In this document: piece after piece, positions 1 to 9,012 of the stretch
How positions within the stretch are numbered: the first letter of the stretch is position 1
How the letters are laid out: each line of letters opens with the position of its first letter
Source: a virus
Direction: 5' to 3' (one strand)
DNA: 64,000 nucleotides
IMG/VR virus record: IMGVR_UViG_3300020198_000002
Location: 52,602-116,601 of that record
Program-made: the position numbers and the translations under genes
Notes under the pieces: generated by a model
Databases searched by the model: none
What the model saw: only the letters and a program-made list of their open reading frames with translations
What the model was told of the DNA's origin: nothing

Positions 1-465
1 ACAGAATTTGATTCACATGATATCGATTTTTATAATGCAGAACTAAAATGTTTCTTTGAAAACTGCATAGATTTTGTCAATATGCATTATTCAAAATCTA
101 AGAAAGAAGGTAAATTCTGGGAGTGGGTACATCAAACTTATAAACCAACCGAAAAATTCTCATATCACATTGATGAGATGAAATCGAACACGATTGATAT
201 TGTTGACGAAGGGAAAGAAATGTTTTCTTTTAACAACTGGATGTGTTGGATGATTCAATTGGGTCATGAAATTTCGCCAAAAATTAGATCAAACTCAGTT
301 CAAAATTCTGAAGATCTGGTTAAAGATTTCTATTCTAATGAAAAAAATAAGTATGATTACTTACCTACAGCTTCGGTATACAATGACTACTTTAACGCAC
401 TAACTACACTCACAAAAGAAGTGATAAATCCGTATAAGAACAATGAAAAGACCAAACTTTATTAA
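1..465 (+). CDS. Flavin-dependent tryptophan halogenase-like protein, C-terminal part (5' end outside window)
   Basis: Frame 1 is open from base 1: ...FYNAELKCFFENCIDFVNMHYSKSKKEGKFW matches the YN...DF..LHY...FW C-terminal pattern of the PrnA-like family. Confidence 0.7.
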   Translation, partial: TEFDSHDIDFYNAELKCFFENCIDFVNMHYSKSKKEGKFWEWVHQTYKPTEKFSYHIDEMKSNTIDIVDEGKEMFSFNNWMCWMIQLGHEISPKIRSNSVQNSEDLVKDFYSNEKNKYDYLPTASVYNDYFNALTTLTKEVINPYKNNEKTKLY

Positions 466-1168
466 TGAATCCGAAGTATTTGCAATAAACCCAGGACTTG
501 AAGCTTCTGTACATGTAATTGGACCAGAAGAAGTAAAAGTAGTCGTTATTGAAAATTTTTATTTAAATCCAGATTTGGTAAGAGAATTGGCGTTAACAAT
601 TCCGCCAACAGAAAATTCAAAAATTTTAGCAGGATCTCCTGGAACTAGGGTTTTTGGACATTATAATTTTGTTAGTATGTTCCCCATCTTTCAACATATT
701 TTTAGAAACGTATATCCTGAGGTGACAAAAGAAGTAACAGACGAAGAAATGAAGTCCAGTATCTGCAATACTCCATTCTGTGTAAATATCAGTCAGTCTG
801 ACAAGATGCCTCCTGTTGTTCCCCATATTGATGATGAAGATAGAATGTTATTTGCTGGAGCTTTATACCTCAATAAACCCGATGAGTGTTCTGGTGGAAC
901 ATCTTTTTACATGTTAGATGGAAAACAACAAGTAACAAATACATATGTTGGTGATTGGTTGAAAAAAAATAATCATACAAATTTTTATACTCATTACTTA
1001 ACTGACAGTGAAGATGATTGGGATCTTTTATCTGTTGCAGAAATGAAGTATAATAGATTAATAATTTATCCTGGAAACGTTCTGCATACTGCATACGTAA
1101 AACCAGAAATGTTTACAGATGACAAATATAGACTAGTCCAGATGTTTTTTATAGCACTTAAATCATAA
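443..1168 (+). CDS. 2OG-Fe(II) oxygenase-like protein (DUF6445-like)
   Basis: IENFY.NPD start, PHID, LYLN...GGTSFY, KYNRLIIYPGNVLH, RLVQMFF. Confidence 0.75.
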   Translation: MKRPNFINESEVFAINPGLEASVHVIGPEEVKVVVIENFYLNPDLVRELALTIPPTENSKILAGSPGTRVFGHYNFVSMFPIFQHIFRNVYPEVTKEVTDEEMKSSICNTPFCVNISQSDKMPPVVPHIDDEDRMLFAGALYLNKPDECSGGTSFYMLDGKQQVTNTYVGDWLKKNNHTNFYTHYLTDSEDDWDLLSVAEMKYNRLIIYPGNVLHTAYVKPEMFTDDKYRLVQMFFIALKS

Positions 1169-1884
1169 TGAGTTTTACTTCTAGATTTCCATCAATTTGT
1201 ATTGATGGATTTTATTCCGAACCAGATGAAATCGTCAAATGGGCTTCATCTTTAGAATATAATAAAGACCCCAAGTCTGGATGGCCTGGTTGGAGAACTC
1301 CGCCACTATCCACTATTGATTATCAATTTGATGATCAATTTAGTAAAAAATTAATGGGAGTATTTTTTGATCTAGATCGAGATTGGGTTAGTTGGGAGAT
1401 ACAAACTCATTTCCAAATTATAAAACCATTTTCTGGTGATAAAAATGATCCAAGGAATTGGGGTTGGGTTCATCAGGATTCTGATGGTGTTTATGATTTG
1501 GTAAAAGGATTTGAACCAATGAAATGCGAGTACGCAGGAATTTTATATTTAACTCCAGAGGCAGATTTGGACACTGGTACATCTATTTTTAGATCAAAAG
1601 TAAAAGATCCAGACACAAAACAGCCTTTCAAAAAAGAACTATTTTCTGGAGAAGAAATTGAGTTTGAAAAATATAAAGAAGGTATGATTAATGCTAGATC
1701 TCAATTTGAAGAGACAATACGTTACTGCAATGTATACAATAGATTAATTGCATTTGAAGCGTCAAATTACCATGCAGCAATGAACTTCAAAATGGATTCC
1801 GATAAGATTAGATTGACTCAAGTATTTTTTATAAAAAATATTAAAACACAGGTCAATCCAATTCTAAGAGGATTTTTAAGATGA
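1168..1884 (+). CDS. 2OG-Fe(II) oxygenase-like protein (DUF6445-like)
   Basis: IDGFY..PD, WPGWRT, VHQD, GILYLTP...GTS, YNRLIAF...YH, RLTQVFF. Confidence 0.75.
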   Translation: MSFTSRFPSICIDGFYSEPDEIVKWASSLEYNKDPKSGWPGWRTPPLSTIDYQFDDQFSKKLMGVFFDLDRDWVSWEIQTHFQIIKPFSGDKNDPRNWGWVHQDSDGVYDLVKGFEPMKCEYAGILYLTPEADLDTGTSIFRSKVKDPDTKQPFKKELFSGEEIEFEKYKEGMINARSQFEETIRYCNVYNRLIAFEASNYHAAMNFKMDSDKIRLTQVFFIKNIKTQVNPILRGFLR

Positions 1885-2672
1885 AAAAAAATTTTATTAA
1901 TGAGGATGAAGTTTTTGCCTTGAATGAAGGATTGGAAGCAAAAGTTTATACTATAGGTCCAGAAAAAGCCAAAATAACCTATGTTGATAATTTTTATAAA
2001 AATCCAGATTTGGTTAGGGACCTTGCGTTAACAATTCCACCAACAAGGAATCCAATTATTATGGCTGGAGCTCCTGGATCTAGAGTCGATGCGTATTATA
2101 ATTTTTCCCCCATGTCTCCATTTTTTCATTATATTTTTAGAAATGTTTACGGAGATATAGTTAAAGATATATCTGATGAAAAAATTTATGATTCCATGAA
2201 AGGAGTCACTTTTTGCGTAAATGTAACTCAATCAGACATTCTCAATCCAATTGTCCCACATGTAGATGATACTGGAGACCTACTTTTTGCAGCAACCGTA
2301 TATCTCAATAAACCAGAAGAATGTGCGGGAGGAACTTCCTTTTATACTTTAGAAGGAGAACAGCGAAGTAGTGCAGATAAAATTGATGCATGGTTAAAAA
2401 AAGTAGGCAAGTATCCATACTATGATAATTATATTACTGACAGTGAATCTGACTGGGAAATGATTCATTTGGCTGAAATGCAGTATAATAGGTTTGTAAT
2501 CTATCCAGCAAATATTTTACACACAGGATATATAAAACCAGAAATGTTTACTGGAGACACTCATCGTTTAGTCCAGATGTTCTTTGTTTTTCTTGGCGGA
2601 CCAGGATCATTCTTACCAGTGAATCATAATGAATATAAAAAATACTTAGAGAATAAAGATGCATCTAGTTAA
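1881..2672 (+). CDS. 2OG-Fe(II) oxygenase-like protein, paralogue of 443..1168
   Basis: Colinear with 443..1168 (NFINE.EVFA.N.GLEA, NPDLVR.LALTIPP, PH.DD, YLNKP.EC.GGTSFY, KPEMFT.D..RLVQMFF). Confidence 0.75.
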   Translation: MKKNFINEDEVFALNEGLEAKVYTIGPEKAKITYVDNFYKNPDLVRDLALTIPPTRNPIIMAGAPGSRVDAYYNFSPMSPFFHYIFRNVYGDIVKDISDEKIYDSMKGVTFCVNVTQSDILNPIVPHVDDTGDLLFAATVYLNKPEECAGGTSFYTLEGEQRSSADKIDAWLKKVGKYPYYDNYITDSESDWEMIHLAEMQYNRFVIYPANILHTGYIKPEMFTGDTHRLVQMFFVFLGGPGSFLPVNHNEYKKYLENKDASS

Positions 2673-3246
2673 GGCTTTTGAAAATTTTATTTCTATAGAA
2701 GAAAAAAATATTTTAAACAAATGGACTCTTGCGAATTATAATCAAGATTATTTTATTGACCCAAGAATGGATTCTCGGGGATTAAAAAGAACGAAGTTAA
2801 CAACTAGGTTTGCTACTCCATTAGTTACACCATCATTATTTGTAAGTTCAAACTCAAATTTTGAGTATCCGAGTTTAGTATACAACATACAAAGAAGAAT
2901 AATATATACCTTTGGATTTAATGAATATGGTTTGTCTCCAGTTGGCAAGAATGGTATAATTACAGAAATAGGTTTTAAGGGAGGAACTGTACATCCACAT
3001 ATTGATCCAGTTTGGATTGAAAATACGGATACTATTCATTGCAATATAATAACACAAAAACCAAAATCTGGTGGAATTACATATATTGAAAATGAACCGT
3101 GGGAGGTTAATGAAACTGATCTTCTGATGTATGTTGTATCTTCGGCAGAACATAAGGTAGATGAAATCATTGGGGACAAAAATAGAATATTATGGATTTT
3201 TAGTTTTATCTTATCAAAAAATGATGCGGAGAAAATTTTATCATGA
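2659..3246 (+). CDS. 2OG-Fe(II) oxygenase
   Basis: HPHID, QKPKSGG, distal EH.V and R.LW.F motifs of the double-stranded beta-helix fold. Confidence 0.7.
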   Translation: MHLVKAFENFISIEEKNILNKWTLANYNQDYFIDPRMDSRGLKRTKLTTRFATPLVTPSLFVSSNSNFEYPSLVYNIQRRIIYTFGFNEYGLSPVGKNGIITEIGFKGGTVHPHIDPVWIENTDTIHCNIITQKPKSGGITYIENEPWEVNETDLLMYVVSSAEHKVDEIIGDKNRILWIFSFILSKNDAEKILS

Positions 3247-3644
3247 AAACAGTTTTTGTTAATGGTACTTTCGATATCCTGCACCCAGGACATATAGAAC
3301 TTTTCAAAGTTGCTAAATCTTTGGGAGATAGGGTCATTGTCGCAACGGATAGTGACGAAAAAATTCGTAGGGATAAAGGACCAAATAAACCCATTAATGA
3401 TCTATGTCACAGAGTTTCTATGCTCCAATCAATTAGATACATAGATATGGTTCTATATTTTAATACTAAAGAAGAGTTGGAATCAATTATAAAATTATAC
3501 CAACCAGACATTCTTCTTTTGGGAAATGATTGGGAGAATGGAGTAGTAATTGGAAAAGAATTTGCAAAATCCGTAAGATTTTTTCCTAGGGTTGGAAATT
3601 ATTCTACTAGTAATATTGTTAATAAGATCAAAAATCATGAGTAA
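3243..3644 (+). CDS. Sugar-1-phosphate nucleotidyltransferase, HldE/RfaE domain II-like (HldC-like)
   Basis: NGTFDILHPGH (HIGH-class), KGPNKPIN, C-terminal YSTS. Confidence 0.85.
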   Translation: MKTVFVNGTFDILHPGHIELFKVAKSLGDRVIVATDSDEKIRRDKGPNKPINDLCHRVSMLQSIRYIDMVLYFNTKEELESIIKLYQPDILLLGNDWENGVVIGKEFAKSVRFFPRVGNYSTSNIVNKIKNHE

Positions 3645-4410
3645 TTTTTCGGTATTAGTTATTGGCGATTCATGCGAAGATGAGTATGTTTATGGATCGG
3701 TCACTAGGATCAGTCCAGAAGCTCCCGTACCCGTATTAAAGTATGAATACTTAAAAAAGTCTTTAGGAATGGCTGCAAATGTCAATGAGAACTTAAAATC
3801 TTTTGGAATGCAAACAAATCTTGTCACACAAAAAGAAAAAATAGTAAAAAGAAGATTTATTGATAGACAAACAGGACAACAGTTGATGCGAATGGATGAA
3901 GAAAACGTATCTACATTTTGCAGTGCAGCTCAGATCCGAATTGCTTTCATTCATGGAAATTATGATGTCTTAGTGATTTCGGATTATGATAAGGGATTTT
4001 TGGGTTACAGTGAATTAGAAGATCTATGTCAAAGTTTTGATGGTCCTGTTTTTGTAGATACAAAGAAAAAAAGACTTATTAAAAAAGAAAATGTATTTTT
4101 CAAAATAAATTTAAAAGAGTATGAGAAATTAGACAAGGATTGTTTGCCGGATCCAACAAATTTAATTGTAACTCTTGGGGCAAATGGTGTAAAATGGAAT
4201 GGTATAGACTTTGCATCCGAGAAAGTACCAGTATATGATGTAGTTGGAGCGGGAGATACTTTTCTTGCGGCTTTAGTTTATCATTATATGATTACGTCAA
4301 CTATGAAAGAGTCTATTGAATTTGCAAATAAAGCTGCTGCACTTGCAGTTCAGCATCCTGGGACTTATAAACTTACTGAAAATGACATTAATTTACTGTG
4401 TGGATATTGA
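3637..4410 (+). CDS. PfkB-family sugar kinase, HldE/RfaE domain I-like (HldA-like)
   Basis: VIGDSCEDEYVYG..TRISPEAPVPVL, ISDYDKG, DVVGAGDTF; ATG 3637 chosen. Confidence 0.88.
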   Translation: MSNFSVLVIGDSCEDEYVYGSVTRISPEAPVPVLKYEYLKKSLGMAANVNENLKSFGMQTNLVTQKEKIVKRRFIDRQTGQQLMRMDEENVSTFCSAAQIRIAFIHGNYDVLVISDYDKGFLGYSELEDLCQSFDGPVFVDTKKKRLIKKENVFFKINLKEYEKLDKDCLPDPTNLIVTLGANGVKWNGIDFASEKVPVYDVVGAGDTFLAALVYHYMITSTMKESIEFANKAAALAVQHPGTYKLTENDINLLCGY

Positions 4411-4708
4411 TGGTACAATCTGTAATAATTCCAAAGATGGAAATTATATATCAGTTATTCCAAATCCCGATAGAATTGCAAAAATAAATAACCTGTATGA
4501 TGAAGGCCACTACATCATATACTTAACAGCAAGAGGAATGTCGAGATATAAAAATTCCAGAGTGGCTGCTCATAACGAATTTTATAATTTTACCTACAAT
4601 CAATTAAGATCTTGGGGTTGTAGATTTCATGAACTTCATATGGGTAAACCTGCTGCAGATATATATGTAGATGATAAAGGGGTGAACGACAATGACTTCT
4701 TCAATTAA
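4382..4708 (+). CDS. Small HAD-family phosphatase
   Basis: VDIDGTIC, YLTARG, MGKPAADIYVDDK; ATG 4382. Confidence 0.8.
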   Translation: MTLIYCVDIDGTICNNSKDGNYISVIPNPDRIAKINNLYDEGHYIIYLTARGMSRYKNSRVAAHNEFYNFTYNQLRSWGCRFHELHMGKPAADIYVDDKGVNDNDFFN

Positions 4709-5051
4709 ATTTGTTTCTAAAGGATGGGGATTCGAAAAGTGGATTGTAAACTGCGATAAGTACTGCGGAAAACTTCTTTATTTTATAAAAGGAGGACAGT
4801 GCTCTTGGCATTATCATAAAGTAAAAGACGAAACATTTTATATTCAATCTGGAAAACTTATTTTGTTTTACGGGGAAGATGATGATATTAATTCAGCACA
4901 AAAGAAAGTTTTGAGAAAGGGCGATCATTTTCATGTTCCTGTAGGACTTAGACATAGGATGTATGCTCTAGAAGATACTGAATTATTTGAATTCTCTACA
5001 GAGCATTTTGAGGAGGATAGTATTAGGATAATTCTTGGAGATACTGTTTAA
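4692..5051 (+). CDS. Cupin, sugar-phosphate isomerase-like
   Basis: KGWG.E.W, SWHYH..KDETFY, VPVGLRHRM cupin metal motifs. Confidence 0.75.
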   Translation: MTSSIKFVSKGWGFEKWIVNCDKYCGKLLYFIKGGQCSWHYHKVKDETFYIQSGKLILFYGEDDDINSAQKKVLRKGDHFHVPVGLRHRMYALEDTELFEFSTEHFEEDSIRIILGDTV

Positions 5052-5832
5052 CTGAAATATAATCATGATCATACCATGATGTATCTGCACATGTGTATGT
5101 CTGATATTGGCCACTCAAATGTTCTGGGAAGGGGACGAGTTCAATCTCACCCCCTTCTTTTTTTGCAACCAATTCCGCAACTTCTTTAAATGAAATTGGA
5201 TTCCCAGTCCCAATATCATAAATTCCACTATCGCAGTTATTGTTTAATACGACATCAACTATGTCACCAACATATACAAAGTCTCTGTAGAATTTTTCGG
5301 ATCCTTCAAATAGTTTTAACTTTCCAGTTTCACGAATTTGTTTTGTAAATTTTGATATGGGACTAGCCTGTTCTCCTTTATGATCTTCCCCCGAGCCATA
5401 CACATTAAAATATCTAAATCCTTGGATTGATTTAAAGTTTCTAATGTTATCAAGAACAAAATAATCAATTTGCAATTTTGATATTGCGTAATAGTTTAAT
5501 GGATTAATCAATTTTTGTTTTTTAGTTTGATTGCCATACACAGATGCAGAAGATGCATATTTTACTGGGATTTGATATTTGATCGCATAATCAAACAACA
5601 TTAAAGTGAAAGCGACATTGTGGTGATGTATTGTTCGTATATCTTTTTCCGTAGTTGAAGATATTGCTCCTTGATGGATAATCATTGTTACCTTATCCCA
5701 ATCTTGGAAACTACTTAAAAATTTCCAAGAATTTTCTCGTTCTATGCATTTTGTTGGCAATCTGATTTCTTCTTCTAAAACACGAAGAAAATTTGATCCG
5801 ATAAATCCGTTATATCCAGTTAGTAAGATCAT
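5023..5832 (-). CDS. hldD: ADP-L-glycero-D-manno-heptose 6-epimerase-like SDR
   Basis: TGYNGFIGS, HQGAISSTTE, YASSASVYG, YAISK, FRYFNVYG..E.HKG, RDFVYV, YQTYTCAD; AGGAG RBS on - strand. Confidence 0.85.
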   Translation of the reverse strand: MILLTGYNGFIGSNFLRVLEEEIRLPTKCIERENSWKFLSSFQDWDKVTMIIHQGAISSTTEKDIRTIHHHNVAFTLMLFDYAIKYQIPVKYASSASVYGNQTKKQKLINPLNYYAISKLQIDYFVLDNIRNFKSIQGFRYFNVYGSGEDHKGEQASPISKFTKQIRETGKLKLFEGSEKFYRDFVYVGDIVDVVLNNNCDSGIYDIGTGNPISFKEVAELVAKKEGGEIELVPFPEHLSGQYQTYTCADTSWYDHDYISVKQYLQELS

Positions 5833-5852
5833 AAGTATTTTGCTCCTGATAA

Positions 5853-5861
5853 ATTATAACA
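5853..5861 (-). promoter_or_regulatory. Extended -10 promoter (TGnTATAAT) for hldD
   Basis: Reverse complement reads TGTTATAAT, followed by AGGAG and the hldD ATG. Confidence 0.55.
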
Positions 5862-5867
5862 TAAATA
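5861..5867 (+). promoter_or_regulatory. T4-like late promoter (ATAAATA) for gp13
   Basis: ATAAATA 26 nt upstream of the gp13 ATG, AGGAG RBS in between. Confidence 0.7.
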
Positions 5868-5892
5868 TCTCTAGAAATAGGAGAAAGTTGGA

Positions 5893-6711
5893 ATGGCCCG
5901 TCCTTCTAGTAGAGAAGAATTGAAGGAATATTGTCTTAGAAAGTTAGGCAAACCTGTGCTAGAAATTAACGTTGACGATGATCAAATTGAAGACGCTATA
6001 GATGAAGCCGTCCAATTTTATCAGGAAAGACATACTGACGGTATTGATAGAGTATTTTTAAAGCACAAATTAACCAATCAAGATATTACTACAATTGTAG
6101 GTATTGCGAGTACAACTATAGGCACTAGTACTAAGGGAGGAATTCCATCTGCACAGTGGCAAGAAGGTGCAAACTATTTACCACTCCCAGACCCAGTAAT
6201 TAGCGTAACAAAAATATTTAAACTAGACTCAAGTTCTATCTCAGACGGACTATTCAATATAAAGTATCAATTATTTCTTAATGACTTATATTATTACGGT
6301 GCAATTGATTTACTAAATTATTCAATGGTAAAAACATATCTAGAAGATTTGGATTTTTTGATAAATCCAACGGCACAAGTTAGATTTAATCAAAAAAATC
6401 GTAGACTATATTTGGATATTGATTTAAAAGATATTTCCGAGGGTAGATATTTACTTATAGATTGTTACAGAGTAATAGATCCAGAAGGAGAAAATGCTGT
6501 TTACAATGATTTTTGGTTAAAGAGATATACAACGTCTTTGATTAAGAAACAGTGGGGCCAAAATTTAATTAAATTTCAAGGAGTGAAACTTCCAGGCGGA
6601 GTCGAACTAAACGGTAGACAAATATATGATGATGCAGTTTCTGAACTAGAAGTTTTGGAAGAGAAGTTGATGACTGAATATTCTTACCCACCATTAGATA
6701 TGATAGGATAA
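5893..6711 (+). CDS. gp13: Neck protein gp13
   Basis: LKEYCLRKLGKPVLEINVDDDQ, KQWGQNLIKFQGVKLPGGVELNG; synteny. Confidence 0.95.
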   Translation: MARPSSREELKEYCLRKLGKPVLEINVDDDQIEDAIDEAVQFYQERHTDGIDRVFLKHKLTNQDITTIVGIASTTIGTSTKGGIPSAQWQEGANYLPLPDPVISVTKIFKLDSSSISDGLFNIKYQLFLNDLYYYGAIDLLNYSMVKTYLEDLDFLINPTAQVRFNQKNRRLYLDIDLKDISEGRYLLIDCYRVIDPEGENAVYNDFWLKRYTTSLIKKQWGQNLIKFQGVKLPGGVELNGRQIYDDAVSELEVLEEKLMTEYSYPPLDMIG

Positions 6712-8990
6712 TGCCATTAAATCCTTTTTTCCTACAAGGTTCACAGAGCGAACAGAGATTAGTACAAGATCTCGTCAACGAACATTTAAAAATGTTTGGA
6801 CAGGATATTCTGTATTTGCCAAGAAAAATTATAAATGAAAAGACTATTATAAAAGAAATTGCTGATTCGAAATTTGATGATAGTTATAGAATAGAAGCAT
6901 ACCTAGAAAACTATGATGGTTACGGAGACTCTCCAGATTTTCTCACAAAGTTTGGTGTAAGAGTTGCAGAAGAAATTACCCTCATACTTTCTAAAGAAAG
7001 ATATGATGATTTCATTACTCCATTTTTAAGACTCTATCCAGAAGGAACTTTCAAATTAACAAATAGACCAGCAGAAGGAGATTTGATTTACTTCCCACTC
7101 GATAATGCCTTATTTGAAGTTAAGTTTGTTCAATATGCAGTTCCTTTTTATCAGTTGAACGATTTGTATATGTATCAACTCAAGTGTGAGTTGTTTGAGT
7201 TTGAAAACGAAGTCATTGATATTCCAGATTCTGAAACTGGGACGAATGGCGAATCAATTATTGAACCAATTGGTGGTGCTGGCACGGCAATGATTGTGAA
7301 CTTTGTTGGTTCTGGTGCAAGTTCAGCAACCGCTAACATTTCCTATGCATCTACAATTCAAGGAGTAAAATCTGTACAATACATTGATTTAATTAATGAT
7401 GGTGCAAATTATATTTCTGCTCCAATAATTACTATAAGTAGGCCAGAAATTGGTAGATCTGCTGTTGCAATAGCTGGAATTGATACTGGAAGCGTATCTT
7501 CAATTACACTCATGGACTCGGGGTATAATTATACCAATATTCCATCAATTACTTTTACTCCTCCCAATAGACCAATATCTGCTCAATTAAAATTTGGAAA
7601 TAATACATTACATCATAGTAATTTTTCAATGGTAGAAAATTCTACTTTTAATTTTCCTTCGAATATTGATGCTAGGAATGGAAGAGTAGTTATTAGTTTT
7701 TGGATTTATCCAACTATTTTAGACCCAGACCCATCATACGGTGGATCTATACTTTGGTCTAATACTTTAAAAGTATATCATCTCCCAGACGGCAAAATTA
7801 GATTCTCATCAGCACAAGCAACTGCGGGAACAAATAATACATTAAATTTAAATCAATGGAATTTTGTAAGAATAGTACAATATCAAAACCAAGCGAGTAT
7901 TTCTTTAAATGGAACTGTACATGGACCATTTTCAAATTACAATCCGATTCCATTCCCAGGACATAAACCTTTATACATTGGATCCGATGCACAAGGAAGT
8001 AGTGTTTCAGTTTATCCAACCAGAGGGTTTGTGGGATACTTTGATCATTTAACTATCAATGTAACTTCCGATAATAATTTTAGGTCTGTTGTTGCTTCAC
8101 AAATACCAACGTCAACAACTGAACAAGAGGTTGACTCATACACAGGAACTTCTGCTCAATATGTAAGGCCATTTAATAATTTACATCCAGTGGCTACAGC
8201 TACTTTAGGTTTAGATAACAAAGTATCAGGTATTACTTTAAATAGTCCAGGATATGGGTATCTAAATCCACCAAATATAATTCTAACTCCTCCAGTTTCT
8301 GGTAGACAAGCAACAGCAGTTGCAATAATGACCAGTAGAACTGGTGTTCCAAAGTTAGCAATTGATCGAATACTTTTGGTCGATCCAGGAGTTGGATATG
8401 ATAATCCTCCTACAGTAACCATAACTAGTGGAAACGGATCTGGAGCCATTGCAACAGCAGTTATTAACCGAGGTGTAATGGGCCCTGTTGCAATAACAAC
8501 TGGTGGAGTTGGATATTCTACGATTCCGAATGTTTATGTTGATCGTACTTTCATACCATCTGGAGTAGGCATTTCATCAAATATTAGGAATGTATCAGCC
8601 GAAGCAATTATTAATTCAGCTGGTACGGTAACTCAAGTTAGATATGTAAATGCGGGAACTGGATATAGTTCTATTCCAAATATTACTTTTGATCCCGTAC
8701 AAGATCCATCTTTTGGTAATTTTACTTTTAACGAAAAGGTAAAAGGATTGCAAAGCAACACAGAAGCATATGTTAAATCGTGGGACTTTAAAAACAGAAC
8801 TCTGTCACTATCTTCTCCAAATGGAAAATTTATTATTGGAGAAACTATCGTTGGGATCGGTGCAAGTTACACGATATCAGAAATAGATTTCCAAGATTCG
8901 AGTTTTGGTTATGGGGAAAATGATACTATTGAAGAGGAAGCAGATGATATTTTAGATTTCTCCGAGAGAAACCCATTCGGTGAGTTCTAA
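6711..8990 (+). CDS. gp14: Neck protein gp14 with large internal insertion
   Basis: MPLNPFFLQGS..EQRLVQDL, RP.EGDLIYFP, C-terminal DFSERNPFGEF; 759 aa. Confidence 0.92.
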   Translation: MPLNPFFLQGSQSEQRLVQDLVNEHLKMFGQDILYLPRKIINEKTIIKEIADSKFDDSYRIEAYLENYDGYGDSPDFLTKFGVRVAEEITLILSKERYDDFITPFLRLYPEGTFKLTNRPAEGDLIYFPLDNALFEVKFVQYAVPFYQLNDLYMYQLKCELFEFENEVIDIPDSETGTNGESIIEPIGGAGTAMIVNFVGSGASSATANISYASTIQGVKSVQYIDLINDGANYISAPIITISRPEIGRSAVAIAGIDTGSVSSITLMDSGYNYTNIPSITFTPPNRPISAQLKFGNNTLHHSNFSMVENSTFNFPSNIDARNGRVVISFWIYPTILDPDPSYGGSILWSNTLKVYHLPDGKIRFSSAQATAGTNNTLNLNQWNFVRIVQYQNQASISLNGTVHGPFSNYNPIPFPGHKPLYIGSDAQGSSVSVYPTRGFVGYFDHLTINVTSDNNFRSVVASQIPTSTTEQEVDSYTGTSAQYVRPFNNLHPVATATLGLDNKVSGITLNSPGYGYLNPPNIILTPPVSGRQATAVAIMTSRTGVPKLAIDRILLVDPGVGYDNPPTVTITSGNGSGAIATAVINRGVMGPVAITTGGVGYSTIPNVYVDRTFIPSGVGISSNIRNVSAEAIINSAGTVTQVRYVNAGTGYSSIPNITFDPVQDPSFGNFTFNEKVKGLQSNTEAYVKSWDFKNRTLSLSSPNGKFIIGETIVGIGASYTISEIDFQDSSFGYGENDTIEEEADDILDFSERNPFGEF

Positions 8991-9012
8991 ATAACTAATA
9001 AACAGTCTCATT

